Shown one piece after another: positions 1 to 12,091 of a DNA stretch of 64,000 nt. Under the pieces are notes generated by a model. It saw nothing but the letters and a program-made list of their open reading frames with translations. It was not told the DNA's origin and did not search any database. Position numbers and translations under genes: made by a program. The DNA is from Camelus ferus (lineage: Eukaryota): positions 32,798,001 to 32,862,000 of the forward strand of contig NC_045712.1 in NCBI RefSeq assembly GCF_009834535.1. Reading direction: 5' to 3'. Within the stretch, counting starts at the first letter, position 1. The number at the start of each line of letters is the position of its first letter.

Positions 1-515
1 GACATGTGGAATTTCTATAATTCTTTTTTCTATGACGACTATAGATCATTTGTCTAATAAGAGCATTTGTTTGGGTTCCTGCTGTAATAAATTGTGGTTC
101 TGCTTTAATGAACAAAAACAAATAATTTGTAATTGGCCCATTAATTATTTGCATGTAAATGCCTCTGTTAGAGTAACTTAATAAGCCATTGAAAAACATT
201 CTCCTGTGCCAGCTGAGTTACACTGTATTTAGTAAGCAATTCTTTTCAGGGAGGAGGGGAGAGGTAGGAAGGTTGTTTTGTTTTATTTTTGTTTCAAAGC
301 AAGGAGGCACCGGGAACCTGAGTGAGACTGTGTCTTAGGAATCTAAATCCTCATGAACCCACGAGGCCAAAAGTAGAAAAGGAGAGCTCAGTGGAATTGG
401 ATTAATTGAAGGGTTAATTGATGAACCTGTTCTATACACAGGTGATGAGAAAGCACCTGGGGCAGTGGTCCTCCCCTGCCCAGCCGCCCACAGGGTGAAG
501 GTTTAATAACCAGGA

Positions 516-647
516 CAGTGTTGGCCAAACTTTGCTGCACATTAGAAACACCAAGGGCACTTCAAAACATCCCACTGTCCAGAGCCATCCTCTGCCAATT
601 AAATCAGAAATTCAAGAGTTAGACCCCCAGTGTTAGTATTTTTTTAA
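516..647. mobile_element. MER5A-like hAT-Charlie MITE, left part
   Basis: cagtgttggccaaactttgctgcacattagaaacacc...ccaattaaatcagaa...cagtgttagtattttt resembles the MER5A consensus. Confidence 0.6.
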
Positions 648-1100
648 TTGAGACATAATTGACATATGACATTGTATCAGTTTCAAGTGTGCCATGTGAT
701 TTGATATTTTTATACAAAAAGATCACCATGTAAGTCTTGTTAAATCTGTCAACACACAGAAGTTTTTTTCTTGTGACGAGAACTTTTACAATTTGTTCTC
801 TTAGCACCTTTCAAATGTGCAGTACAGTATTGTTAGCAATAGGCACCATGCTCTGTGTTGCATCCCTAGGACTAATTTAGGTTATAACCGGAAGTTTCTC
901 TCTTTTGCTCCGGTTTACCCGTTTCACTCACCCCTCACCTCTGGCAGCCGCCAGTCTGTTCTCTGTATCTGTGAGTCCATTTTTGTTGTTGTTGTTTTGT
1001 TTTTTTTTAGATTCTACTTGTGAGCTCATACTTCTTTTTGTCTTTCTCTGTCTTATGTATTTTACTTAACCTCATGCCCTTAAGGGCCTTCCTGTTGTCA
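648..1100 (-). mobile_element. 5'-truncated L1 3' end (L1MA/L1MB-like) inserted in MER5A
   Basis: Antisense L1 3'UTR motifs (ttttaattgagacataattgacata...caccatgct...tgtatctgtgag...tttgtctttctctgtc); degenerate TSD on both sides. Confidence 0.8.
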
Positions 1101-1164
1101 AGCATCAGTATTTGTTAAGGACCCCCAGAAGTTCCCGTTGTGTAGCACAGTTTGTCAAACACTG
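1101..1164. mobile_element. MER5A-like MITE, right part
   Basis: gcatcagtatttgttaaggacccccag...agtttgtcaaacactg continues the consensus to its terminal cactg. Confidence 0.6.
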
Positions 1165-2612
1165 GTCGGGGAACTGATTCCCCCACATCTGTCCCCCTCT
1201 GTACCCGAAGGAAAAATAAGCAACGTAACAAAAACAAGTAAGTACAGGCGTGAACTCCCACTGGTACACATGAGCTGTCAGCAGTGTCATTCCTTTGGCT
1301 TTTGAAAATACAGTTGACTAGCTGTCAGGTGAGCCTTTCAGGTGGCTGAGAGCCTTTCCTGAAGAGCTAGTTTGGAAAAAAACGAAGACCAGACTGTGGA
1401 TCCCAAAGAGAAGTGCAAGAAAGGCTGAGTGGTGGAGGTGGGTGGGGGTGGCTAGGACTAGGAGAAGAGCAGAGGTCAGGGTGTGTCAAGTTTGGATCCT
1501 CAGTGATTCCAGCCTGCACGACCGGCCCCCCCCCAGAGCATGACTGAGAAAAATACGCTGAGAGAAATCCAGACTATATTTAAATGGGAAAACTGTTGGG
1601 GGACATTTGGTAGGCCGGTGACACAGGTTGGTAAGAAGAATTCACCAAAGGCAAGGGAAAGTTTAAGAACAAAGGAAAGTTTAATAGGTTTGCTGCTCCA
1701 GGCAACCGCGGGCCGCATCGGACAGGAGGTGCCTGCGTGCCCACCGAGCGTGAACGTGCGGGGTCTGTCACTGGGGAAGGGGCTGTGGACGCAGAGGGAC
1801 AGGGGAGCAGATTTCTGACTGGCTGTGAGTGAGGTAAGGGGCTTTGGTACACGGGCGGGATAGTGGATTTATGACTCCAGGAAGATGCAGACAGGGGCTG
1901 ACACAGCAAGGCAGTGGAATTTATGATTCCAGTAAGGAGACACAGCCGAGACGAGGCAGCCTGAGCTTCGGTGAGGCCAGCCATTTCCCAGGGCTGAACG
2001 TGTGTGCTAAGGCAGACCTGTTAGGGAGGGGTGTACTTTGTTTTTTGAGGGATTGCAGGCGGACATCTGAGAGCCTGGGATGGGTGTCACAGGGCTTCAG
2101 CGGGCACCAGTTGGGACTACAAAACCGAAGGCAAAAATCCATCCTCCAGAAATAGGAAAAATGTGGGAAGCAGGGCAGTCTCTTACTCAGTCTAAACATC
2201 TCTTCTGTTCTTTTTCCTACCTTAACCACTTGCAATTACCTCATTGTCCAACTCAATTTAAATCACATTTAAATATGTTTCAAAGAAGCAGGACGTGAGT
2301 TAAGAACAGGCAGTCTTCTGGTGTGGGCTACGGTTCTAGGTGCATCACCTTTAGACAAACCACAAGCCTCGCCCTCATTTCGTGACAGGAACCAATGGTT
2401 GAACCTTTGTAAATTTCATGTGAGGGTAAAATTAAATCATGACTGAAAGCCCTTCTCGCAGTGTCTAGAACTTTGTAGGGCTCCGTACATCGCGGCGATC
2501 GTTATCAGCCAGTCAGTCCATGTGGGATGCCTTACTCAGTTTCTCCAAAGTTTGCTTTGTGAGCAGAGTGTGGAAAGAGTATACACCCTTAAGGTTGAGC
2601 CCTGAGGTCCAG

Positions 2613-3047
2613 CAGTGGCATGAGGGAGCCGCACTGTGACCATCTCCTACTAGCTCATAGAAGCAGTTTGTTCAATTTTTAGGACATTTGTGAGTTAGTT
2701 TTTATACAACCATTATTAAAATTAAATGACAAAAAATTAAATTTAAAAAATTTACATGACAAATTTAAAATTAAATCAATTAACATCAAAAGTAACAAAT
2801 ACTCCAAACTTATATTTTCTAATTCTTTTACTACACTTTACTATTATTTCTATGCCTGGGGTCATTACACTGATTGAATCTGTAGAGTGGAAATACTGCA
2901 TGAGTGTATGCCCTGCCACCTCATGGCATCATATTGGCAACTTACGATCATCTATGGTGATTATTTATAGCATGGAAATCATAAAATACTACAAATTGAT
3001 GTGTGTCCCTCAGAGAGCTGATTGTAAACATTTAAAGCACATCTCTG
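2613..3047 (+). mobile_element. hAT-Tip100 (Zaphod-like) DNA transposon with internal deletion
   Basis: Starts cagtggcatg...gagccg; internal ccattattaaaattaaat...tactacactttactatta...gtggaaatact; ends gagagctgattgtaaacatttaaagcacatctctg. Confidence 0.6.
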
Positions 3048-3539
3048 GGGTAGGGGAGTGTGTGGGGAGAGAAGGAAGGTATAGGTGTAGTTGACGCACC
3101 TTAGCTATTTTTAGGAAGGATGACCATAAGTTTAGAACTTGGAGGAAGATTTTCCCGAGAGAAAGCCAAGTGGAGAGAACAAACTTCTCTCAGCATCTTA
3201 CTCATAAAAGGCAAGACTAAGAAAGAAATCCAGCAACTAGCTGTGAAATCCACACGCTACTTTTAAATGGCAAAATCACTTCTCTTTTCACAAGTGACGA
3301 TGCCAGAGGATTTTGCAATTGCCTAGTGGAATCCAAGAAGACCCACTTTCCCAGATCCTGAGACTTGATCTTGCAGAAGAGATAATCCTTGATCATCAAT
3401 TTTTAGTGTTTGCATTTTTAAATGTAACTTGTAAAGGAAATGTGTTCAAATGGTCCAAACAACCAGAAGGTATAGAAAACTATAAAGTGAACATACCTGC
3501 CGTCTTTCTGAAGCCCCACTCCACCTGTATCACTCGTGT

Positions 3540-4140
3540 TCTTTTTGTTCATGCTTTCAGTCTCTTTCTGGAAAACATCCAAGTAAATATAAATAAGGGT
3601 TTTCACCTCCATCACCGTTCTCACACCTTATTATACAACATGTTGCAGAATATACTTAGTCTTCTAAATCTTGCTCTTTTTCCATTAATAATAGATCTCG
3701 GTTACCTTCCCATGTAAGTGCATACAGAGCTCCTTCATTTTTAAAAATAATAGCTGAATAGTGTTCCATCATCTGGAGGAGCTGTAATTTGTTTAATCAG
3801 TTACTTAGTCGTTGGCCCCTGGGTTGAGTCCAATCTTTTGCTCTTGCCTAACGAAGCGATGAGTAACTCCTTATAATGTTAGAGTATGAGGCGTGCCTGC
3901 GTTCCCGCCATCCGGTACACGGAGCGGGTAGTCAAAATTTTGGATTTTGCCAATCTGACAGCTAAACAATGGTGTCCCCAGGGAATTTTCTTTGGTATTT
4001 CACTCCTGAGTGACACGGAGCTCTTTGCATGTGTTCAGTAGCATTCCCATTTCTTCGTGTCTGGCTGACTTTACTTACTTACTTTTAATGAGCTATCCAT
4101 TCACAGCCTTTGCTCATTTTCCTTCCTGAGGGCTGTTTAA
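3540..4140 (-). mobile_element. Old L1 (L1MC/L1ME-like) fragment
   Basis: Antisense L1 motifs: gcatacagagctccttcattttt...gctgaatagtgttccat...ttttgccaatctga...tcttttgcatgtgtt. Confidence 0.65.
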
Positions 4141-4596
4141 TTCATTTGAAAGCCTGGAGACGTCACCTCACAAGCCTACGAGGACAGAGCCTGTATTCCG
4201 ATAACTGGCGAGATCTCTTTTGTGTTGCCATCCCGTCATGCTAAGCTTTCAGGTAGATGGGACGCAATCGTGGTGTGGTGAAACAGGTGAGCATGTATGG
4301 AAAGAAGAGGCAGGTCCATCCCCAAGATGTTTGTCCATCTGAAAACCTCCATTAGAATCAGATGGCTGCCAGAGTCTATAGGCTACGAGTTTAAAGCCAG
4401 CCTCCAGTCTCAGGTCTAGTCCCTCCCTCATTTCTTCTTCCCTCCGTCATCCCCTCTGTCTCTGCTTCTACCACAACCTCCTCCCCTCCCCTCGGCAAAC
4501 CACACTTCCTGCTCTCTCCATACCTGTCTTTGCTTTGCTTAGAATGCCCTGGGACTCCCGACAGACTCATGGGTTCTGGTGTTTTGTCAGTAGCCG

Positions 4597-4750
4597 TGGT
4601 ATGATGAAGACCACTCTGTCTGGAGTTGGATGGTGTGAACTCAAATCCCAGCTCCCTCCCTCACAGCCTCTTTCAGCTTTAATTGTCTTAGTCCTCAATT
4701 TCTCTAAGCCCTAGTCTCTGCTCCAGGAAATGTGGAAACAGTGTTGCTTA
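4597..4750 (+). mobile_element. MIR
   Basis: actctgtctggagttggat...tcaaatcccagctc...ttctctaagccctagtctc. Confidence 0.5.
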
Positions 4751-4889
4751 GTGGCTAGGAATGTGGCTTTTAGAATTCATTAGAGCAGGGTTAGAATCCC
4801 TGATCATCTTCCTAGTTAGGGGCTAGTTAGTTAGCTGGGGAAATTATTTCCCGACTCTGGTCCTGTTATCACACTTGTGAAACGTGGAA

Positions 4890-5394
4890 CAATTCTGCAC
4901 GCATCTCTCATATTTCTGCATGTTCTGTGAACAAATGAATTCAGCTTTTTTCCCAGACTCTTTTTCAGGGATATTTATGTAGTGAACAGTCTGGAAGGTA
5001 GCAGTAAGCTTCTCTGTATAGAACAGAGGACAGATCTGTTTTCTGCCCAAGATAATGAAAATAATGTTTCTGTCCATGTCAGAGCTTGAACAGGTGTGCA
5101 TTGTGAGCCCTGTGAAGTACTGAGGTTTCCTAAACTTGGGGTTCTTGACTTGTGATGTGACCCAGCACATGTACCACATCCATCTGGCCCTCTAGACCTT
5201 GCCCTGTGGGAATCAGGGCTTGGAAGACCAGCACAGATGATGTAACTCTGCCTATTTCTGTTCCTGTGAATAGGAAACTGCCCTTTGTCTCTGACCCAGG
5301 CGTTAAGTGTCTTCTGCCTGCATCCGTGAGACTGGCAGGCTAATTTGGTTAGCTTGCATGAAGGGTAAAATCCCAGACCCTTTGCTTCTTGACA
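4890..5394 (+). mobile_element. MER74-like ERVL solo LTR (sense to GRM7)
   Basis: 3' end cctttgtctctgacccagg...tgtcttctgcctgcatcc...ggcaggctaat...ttagcttgca...gggtaaaatcccagaccc...cttgaca matches the recalled MER74 terminus. Confidence 0.75.
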
Positions 5395-6114
5395 TTTACT
5401 TCATAGAGCTTTTGTGATAATGAAATGTATTAATGTGTGAAGCACACATGACCATGCCTGTGCCTCCTTCGTAATAGTTACCCAGTAAGAGGGAGCTAGC
5501 ATTCTTATTTTTCTTGTTATTATGATTGTGATTACTTTATTACCTGCCTCAAAGGACTGATGTGGGATGAAGGGAAATAGTATTAGCATAGTGTCTGGCC
5601 CATGGTAGGTTCAGGCAGAAGGTTCTTTCATTTCATTCATTTATTGTATCATCTCAGGGAGGCTGTAATAGTGGGAAGTGACCTAAGACCCACTGTGAAG
5701 GTAGATTACATTCTAATCTGTTTTCCAAAACTCAGCTAAAGGAGGGTGGCCCCACAGAGTAGGAACAGGGGCTTCATGTTTCAGTGTGGCTTCCTAGGAT
5801 CCCACCCTCTGTCCAAAAAGCCACTGTGAACCATGCCAGGTAGAGTTGGCCAGGTCTAGGGACAACCCTTGGTGCTATGTTCTGACCCTATGCTGATACC
5901 CCTCTTGGAGAAGAATATAGAATATCTTTGAACTTATAGTTTCTATTTAAGAATATGTTTAAGAGACCAAGCACTGGCACTCTTGGTTCTGGAACTAAAT
6001 TCCATTCTGTGCAGTCTCATGTCACTGGGAAGGAAGCATTCGGGACCTGGCGTCCCTGGTCACTTCCTTGCAGTCACTCCCCAGCACCCCAGCATTCTGT
6101 GACAAATCTGGCCA

Positions 6115-6280
6115 TGTATTGACTGCCAGCTGTGCTTTTTCTAGGCTCTAGTTAAGGTGATTTATGGAGGAAATCTGGCCACTGCCCTCAGGGAGCTTAC
6201 CATTGAACATAGAAGACAGTAGTAAATGGATAAGATACAAATGAAATAAAGTTGTAACTGACGAGTGCTGCAGAGGAAAG
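6115..6280 (-). mobile_element. L2 3' fragment
   Basis: ctaggctct...ctgccctcagggagcttaccatt...taactgacgagtgctgcagaggaaa. Confidence 0.45.
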
Positions 6281-6289
6281 CAACACTGG

Positions 6290-6620
6290 TGAATTCATCA
6301 GGGCAAGTAACCCACTCCTGAATCTCAGCAGCTTAGCGTCATAAAGTTTGCTTCTCACTTAGTCACAGTCCAGTGTGGCTGGACAGCAGGGGCTGGGGTA
6401 GGTGTGGGGATGGGAGGACCTCTTGGGCTTATTCGACCTTTCTAGGGCCCAGCCTCTTCCTAGCAGTCACTGATGCCGTGTCTAGGGCCGCCTCCTTTCA
6501 TTGTGTTCAGCAGGCTTCCCAGTGGCACACACCACTTCTGCTTGTAGTATAAATCCAAGGGAGGCTTGGAAATGTGGTCCACCCAGGGGGGCTGGAAGAA
6601 TCCGTAATTGTTTTCTGACA
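6290..6620 (-). mobile_element. Old MLT1 (J/K/L-like) MaLR LTR fragment
   Basis: gcaagtaaccc...atctcagcagcttag...aaagtttgcttctcact...agggaggcttggaaatgtggtc. Confidence 0.5.
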
Positions 6621-6679
6621 CAAAGGAGACAGCACCAGAGAACAGGGTGATCAGGGACGGGATGCCCCAGGAAGTGACT

Positions 6680-6950
6680 TCGGTTAAGGGCGCGGGTTCT
6701 AGAGTCAGACTGCCTGCGTCTCCTCCTGGCTCTGCCACTTGCCAACTGGTGACCTTAGGTTTAGTTTGGCAGCCTTTCTCTGCCTCCCTCTTCTCAGCTG
6801 TGAAGTGTGGATGACAGTAATAGAGTGGTTGTGAGAAAGGAAATGAAATAACCGATGGACTCCAAAAATAATGTTTAGCACAGGGCCTGATTGGTTTATT
6901 CTAAGTACATCAGTACAGTTAAATAATTATCATGGTTGTCATTAGTAATG
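6680..6950 (+). mobile_element. MIR
   Basis: ggttaaggg...tctagagtcagactgcctg...ggctctgccactt...gtgaccttagg...ttagcacagggcctg. Confidence 0.7.
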
Positions 6951-7769
6951 ATGAGGCAAGACCTGAAGGAATGAAAATGTTAAAAAAAAAAAAATTGAAA
7001 AGGAAAGAGAATGTTAAACCAGCGTGACAGAAAATCCTGTTGTCTGACTTGTTCCTATACCCTCCATTCCCACGTCAGAGTGAAGATTCCCCTGGTCCTT
7101 TGCTAAATGGTGTTGGAATCGACGACCATCCCTTACCTTCTGGTAATTTACCTAGTTACATCAGGCTCTGGTGCCCGCCTCCTAACTAGGATTCTGATGG
7201 GATAGATGTGTGGTTTTGGTTTTAATTTTAACTCAAATTTTGCAAATAGTGATTGTTTCTTTCCCCTCTTTTACAAAGATGTGTTCAGCTAGCTTTTCTC
7301 CAAGGTTCCATTTTGTCCTAACAATCTATATAAATTTTAATGGGAAATGAAAATGTCTGTTTGACTGCCTGGATTCCAGGTCTTGCCTTTGGCAGTAGGA
7401 ATCTTGAATTGGCGAATAGTTTCCATGTGCTGGCGCTTATATGCAAGGCAGACACTTACTGTGGAGGAGCAGAATCATTACTCATCACAGGGAAATGACC
7501 AGCCCTTCACGTCATTACTCTGCTTCTGTTTCCCTTTTGTGCTTAGTGGATCCAACTCCTAGTCGTGTCACTTGTGTGGTTGTCCCACCACACAGTCAGA
7601 GCCTGCCCAACCTACCTCCATAAAAGACATGGGCATTGTTAAACTTAATACAATCAATTTCTAAATGAACTGCTTAAAGGGGCATCAGTGTTTTAGACAA
7701 TGAACATAGTCTAAGCTTTGTGTATGAATTATTTTCACCTCTATAAAGTGAGGTTCAAGAGGCATTGTA

Positions 7770-8620
7770 CTTGACTCATTTTATTGGTTTTCTACTTTGT
7801 GCCAGGCATTGTGCTGACCGATGAGGACACAGTAGTGAACCAAAACACTGTCCCTGCCCTCAGTGGATCTGCCACTTGGTAGGAAGGACAGAAGATAATC
7901 AAACACTCTCTCATAGACAGTGTCTAACGGCATCTGTGACAATGAGTGATGCTATGAGTGTCCATTACGAGGGAATTTCAGTGAAGTGGGTGATTAGGAA
8001 CAGCTTCCTTGAAGAGGTGAACTGGGAGCTTAGGACCGAAGGAAGGAGCAAGAGTTATCCAGGCACAAGGGAGGAAAAGCAGTCCACCAGAGGGAGCAGA
8101 ATGTGCTCGAAGGACTCAAATATGGGTGAGCCTTTGGAGAAAGCCAAGGTGACCATGGCATATGGGATGAGGCCAAAAGAGCAGGTGCTGAAGGCCACCC
8201 TGTGAATTATAATCTTTCACTCCAAAGCAACAAAAACCCACGGAAGGGTTTTAAACTGGGAAGAGTGGGGCTGCTGGGACTAGATCAGATTTGCCTTTGG
8301 AAGAGGCCACTGTATCTGGAGGGTGGAGTGAAGCAGGTGTGTGTGGACCAGAGGGGAGGTTCTTCTAAGAGGTGAGGGCTTCATGGGAAGTGGAGAGAGC
8401 TCAGTGTCTGGGGGCTAAGGTAGAGAATGAGAAATATAGGGGCGCTTAGCTGGTAAAATCCATAGGAGTGGGTGATGGATTAGATGTGGAAGATGAGAAG
8501 GAAGGAGGGTCAAGAGAGACTTTCCAGGGATTCTGGTTTCCTGAACTGCGTGGATAGTTTACGGACTTAGTGCTGAATCTAGGGAGGGAGATCATGAACT
8601 AGTTTTGGAGTTTGATGATA
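7770..8620 (-). mobile_element. L2
   Basis: tcattttattg...tgtgccaggcattgtgct...gtccctgccctcagtg...ttccttgaagaggtga...gggttttaaactggg...tagatcagatttgcctttgg. Confidence 0.7.
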
Positions 8621-8653
8621 TATTTTATAATTAATGTAAGTTAAAAATATAAT

Positions 8654-8798
8654 GGGGGTAGGGTATAGCTCAGTGATAGAATGCATGCCTAGCACGCATA
8701 GGGTCCTGGGTTCAATCTCTAGTAACTGCATTAAAATAAGTAAACCTAATTAGCACCCCCTGCAAAAAACCCCCAAAATTAAAAAATAAAATAAAATT
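8654..8798 (+). mobile_element. tRNA-derived SINE, camelid Vic-1-like
   Basis: gggggtagggtatagctcagtgatagaatgcatgcctagcacgcatagggtcctgggttcaatc (A-box and B-box) followed by aaacctaattagcaccccc and an A-rich tail. Confidence 0.8.
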
Positions 8799-10019
8799 GT
8801 AATTAGAATGTCATTATTTGTCAATTCACAAAACATATATTGAGGAAAGAAGAAAAAGAAAATAAATGACCATGTCTTCATCACCTCCTATGTTTTGGGT
8901 GCTTTTTATCTTGGTCCATCTTTCTGGTAACCTTATAAGGCAGTCACGGCTCTCATCAATCAGATCAGAAGAAGATTTGAAAGATTTAGTGACTGGCCTA
9001 AGAACACACAATTAGTGATAAGGAAAATGTGTGTTTGGTCACAGATTTATATAAAACCACAATGTACTGTAGGCTTTTCCACCGCAAGACATTTCCTCTG
9101 TATGTTGGTTTTATGAGGGATAACATGGGGTTCTGGACCTCAGGGAATTTACAATAATCTCCTAGGAAGATGTTGGTTATAATTCCACGATGGAGGATTA
9201 AACAAGATGCCCAGGGTCTATGGAGGAAGAGGTTTGGGATTTCCCCGTGCACTCTGGATATGGGAGAATCTGAGCTGTGTTTGAGGAAGGCATTCCACTG
9301 GCCATTTTCAAGACATACCGCGGGGCAGCTGTGGCCTGACCTCTACTGGCTGGAGAGATTCATCAAGTGGAGATGGAGAGAGAGAGGAGGAGGAGAATGG
9401 AGGGTGTGTAAACACATGTTAGAGTGACTGGAACTCTTTGGTATCTTTAGAAACCTTTGTCTGTGAAAATAGTAACCGAAAATCAAACTAAACGTATTTG
9501 GTAACAGTAAGAGACTTAAGCTCATAATAATTTATAATTTATAATTAGTAATATTAAAAATAATTCTGAACAGGGGCATGAATGTGCAAAGCTCCTCTGT
9601 GTTCCCTTAAGCCAGCCATTTTCAAATCACACAGCCCTTTGTGTATGTGCCGATAATCTCAGAGGGCCATGGAGCTGGGTGAGAAGGGAAACAGTCCTTA
9701 GGAATAAGCAGAATCAATATTGAATGATAGATGTTTTGAACCCCTCGGAGCTCTTTTTTTTTTTCCCTTGTTTCTCCTGAAACACACACACACGAAAATT
9801 AACATAAGCAATGCAATTAGTGAAGATATAGTCACAAATCCACTAACATGTACAACAGACTGCTGCTAATAGTGTTTGCCTCCAGGAAGTTGGTTGCAAG
9901 AATGGAAAGGGGACTAACTTTTCATTGCATGTGATTATGCACCTCTTGAATTTTTAGAAGATGTGTAACTAAATACACTTGCAAAAGTCTACTATTTCTG
10001 TGGCCTGAAAAGCACCAAG

Positions 10020-10190
10020 ATGTAGATAGAAAGTTTATGGACTTAAGACGCTTAATACCTGAGCCCGCGTCTCCTTATTCACGGAGTACAGGGAATGATT
10101 CTTACCTTGCCTGGTTTTTCATGCAGATTAGGGGTGGTGTATATTCAATACCTAGTGTAGAGTGAATGTTCAATAATAAAAATTGTATTA
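10020..10190 (+). mobile_element. MIR (internally deleted)
   Basis: atggacttaagac...atgattcttaccttgcctgg...gcagattag...gaatgttcaataa. Confidence 0.45.
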
Positions 10191-10399
10191 ATGAAAAATC
10201 AAAGTCTTTTTTGATAGGTTGTAACTAAATACAACTTTTTGTGGCTAAGTTTTAGGTCTCGAGGTTTTGCGAGTGAAAATACTGACCTGGTATTCAGAAA
10301 GGAAAAGAAAAGGCCTTCAGCATTGATGTAGTACTTCTGGGCCATAGGAGCATTCCATAATTACAGCACTATTATCCTGGTGGGAGGGAAGAGAACAAA

Positions 10400-10570
10400 G
10401 TAATAATAATAATAAATATTAATATTAGTAATACATTAAAATATAATTGTTAGTGAGCTTCAGCCTCTTACTGTTACCAAGTATGTTAAATAATACATTA
10501 ATAACATATTTTATTAATAATAATGAAACATATTAAGATACTAATAATATTATTAATGTTATTATTAATA
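10400..10570. repeat. AT-rich low-complexity tract
   Basis: Runs of aataataat and attaata. Confidence 0.8.
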
Positions 10571-11439
10571 GTCTCTTGTTGTGCTCAGAAAGCTTAGTTT
10601 TCTGACCTAGGTCCAAGCTAATCTCGTCTCCATCTCACATATTTAATAGGAGAATTAGAGATTCATATATTTCAGTGAATTGTATTGCCTAAATGTTATT
10701 GACACAGTCTGAGCATTAAACTATTATCATTTTCAAGCTCTGGATTAAGAAACTAATTACAAGGCTTTAACAGTTAAGTCCTAGCTGCCAAGTCTTAGGA
10801 ATATTGCCGCACTATCTATAAGGCTGAATAATTGTTTGATCTGTTGACATGGTAACTGTTTTGTAAAAAGCAATCTGTAAGGTTGTCTTCAGTCTTCAAA
10901 ACCGTCCTTAAGCATTGTGTTCAAATATGGCCACGGCAGTCTGGGAAACTTGTTATTAAAAGCATGACCAGAAAAGTGGTTCATTTTCCTGTGAGAAGAT
11001 GTCAATTAACCCTAATAAAATTATTTGGAGGCTGATTTTGTTTAATCAAACACCACAAAATAATTGAGCTCTGAACAAATGGCTTATCATAGAAATGTGC
11101 AGGTTGGCAAGAAAGCTTTGAGAGTGCATTTCAGTAACGCACACTCATTAACAGTCACATTTTTCATTCAAATGGGCAGTTACCCAGTTACCTGGTGCTC
11201 AGGGCTCTGATAGGATGCGTGGCTCTGACAGACTGCTTGGCCTCTCAGCCAAGACAAAGTCAGAAGCTTTTATAGTGTGAGCACTTGGAGATTTGAAGAA
11301 CAGGGAAACTGCTTATTTATCGCCTATCAGGTATAGAGAAGGACCAAATCCAAGGTCTGTGTCCCATGTTTATTTATAGACCATTTACACACTGTCCCTC
11401 CCTCCAGGGTCCCCAGAAGTACCTTTAAAAACATAATTT

Positions 11440-11600
11440 AACACTCAAACTTCTGACTGCATTTAAGAATCATATAGGGAGCTTTTAAAACACACTCATA
11501 GCAGGACCCCATCCTTGACCAGTTAAATCAGAATCCCTCTGGTGGGGGCAGTGGACATGGATATGTTTCCAAACCTCCCATCACGTCCTGGGCAGAGGAC
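11440..11600. mobile_element. MER5A-like MITE
   Basis: ctgcatttaagaatcatatagggagcttttaaaa...ccagttaaatcagaatccctctggtggggg. Confidence 0.55.
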
Positions 11601-11719
11601 CATCGCTTTAATCCATCCATCATTCCCCAGGACTCATTCTCAACTCCTCTGCAAAGCTGAGTGAACACAGAGGATTAGATTGTCACATCTGATTTGCACA
11701 AATGGGTGATCCTATCCAG

Positions 11720-12091
11720 TGTACCAGTCAGCAGGGGCTGCTGTAACAGAGCTCCTTGACTGGGTGGCTTCAGCAACAAGCGTTTATTTTCTCAGTATTT
11801 CTGGAGGCTGGAAGTCCAAGATCAGGGTGCCATCAGGGTTGGTTTCTGGTGAGACAACCCCCCGCCCCGGCCCCCGCCGCTCCTTGCTGTGTCCTCACTT
11901 GGCCCTTTTTCTTTGCACACATACTCCTGGTGACTTTTCACTTCTTAAAAGGACACTTAGCTTAGGGCCCCGCCCTTAATGACTTCTTTCAACCTTAGTA
12001 TCTCCTTCAAGGCCGTAATCTCCAAATAGTCACCTTGGGGGCTACAGTTCCAACATGTGAATTAGGGAAGGACAGTATTCAGTCTTTAACA
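11720..12091 (-). mobile_element. MLT1A-like MaLR solo LTR
   Basis: tgtaccagtcagcaggggctgctgtaaca...ctggaggctggaagtccaagatcagggtgcca...ttccaacatgtgaatt...ttcagtctttaaca; 5-bp TSD tccag/cccag. Confidence 0.85.

Noticed and set aside
8654-8725. tRNA gene
   Set aside because: The tRNA-like head continues into a SINE body and A-rich tail; acceptor-stem pairing is absent.
11858-11880. GC-box cluster or G4 in MLT1A
   Set aside because: Only three runs of three or more C; a local low-complexity patch inside an LTR.
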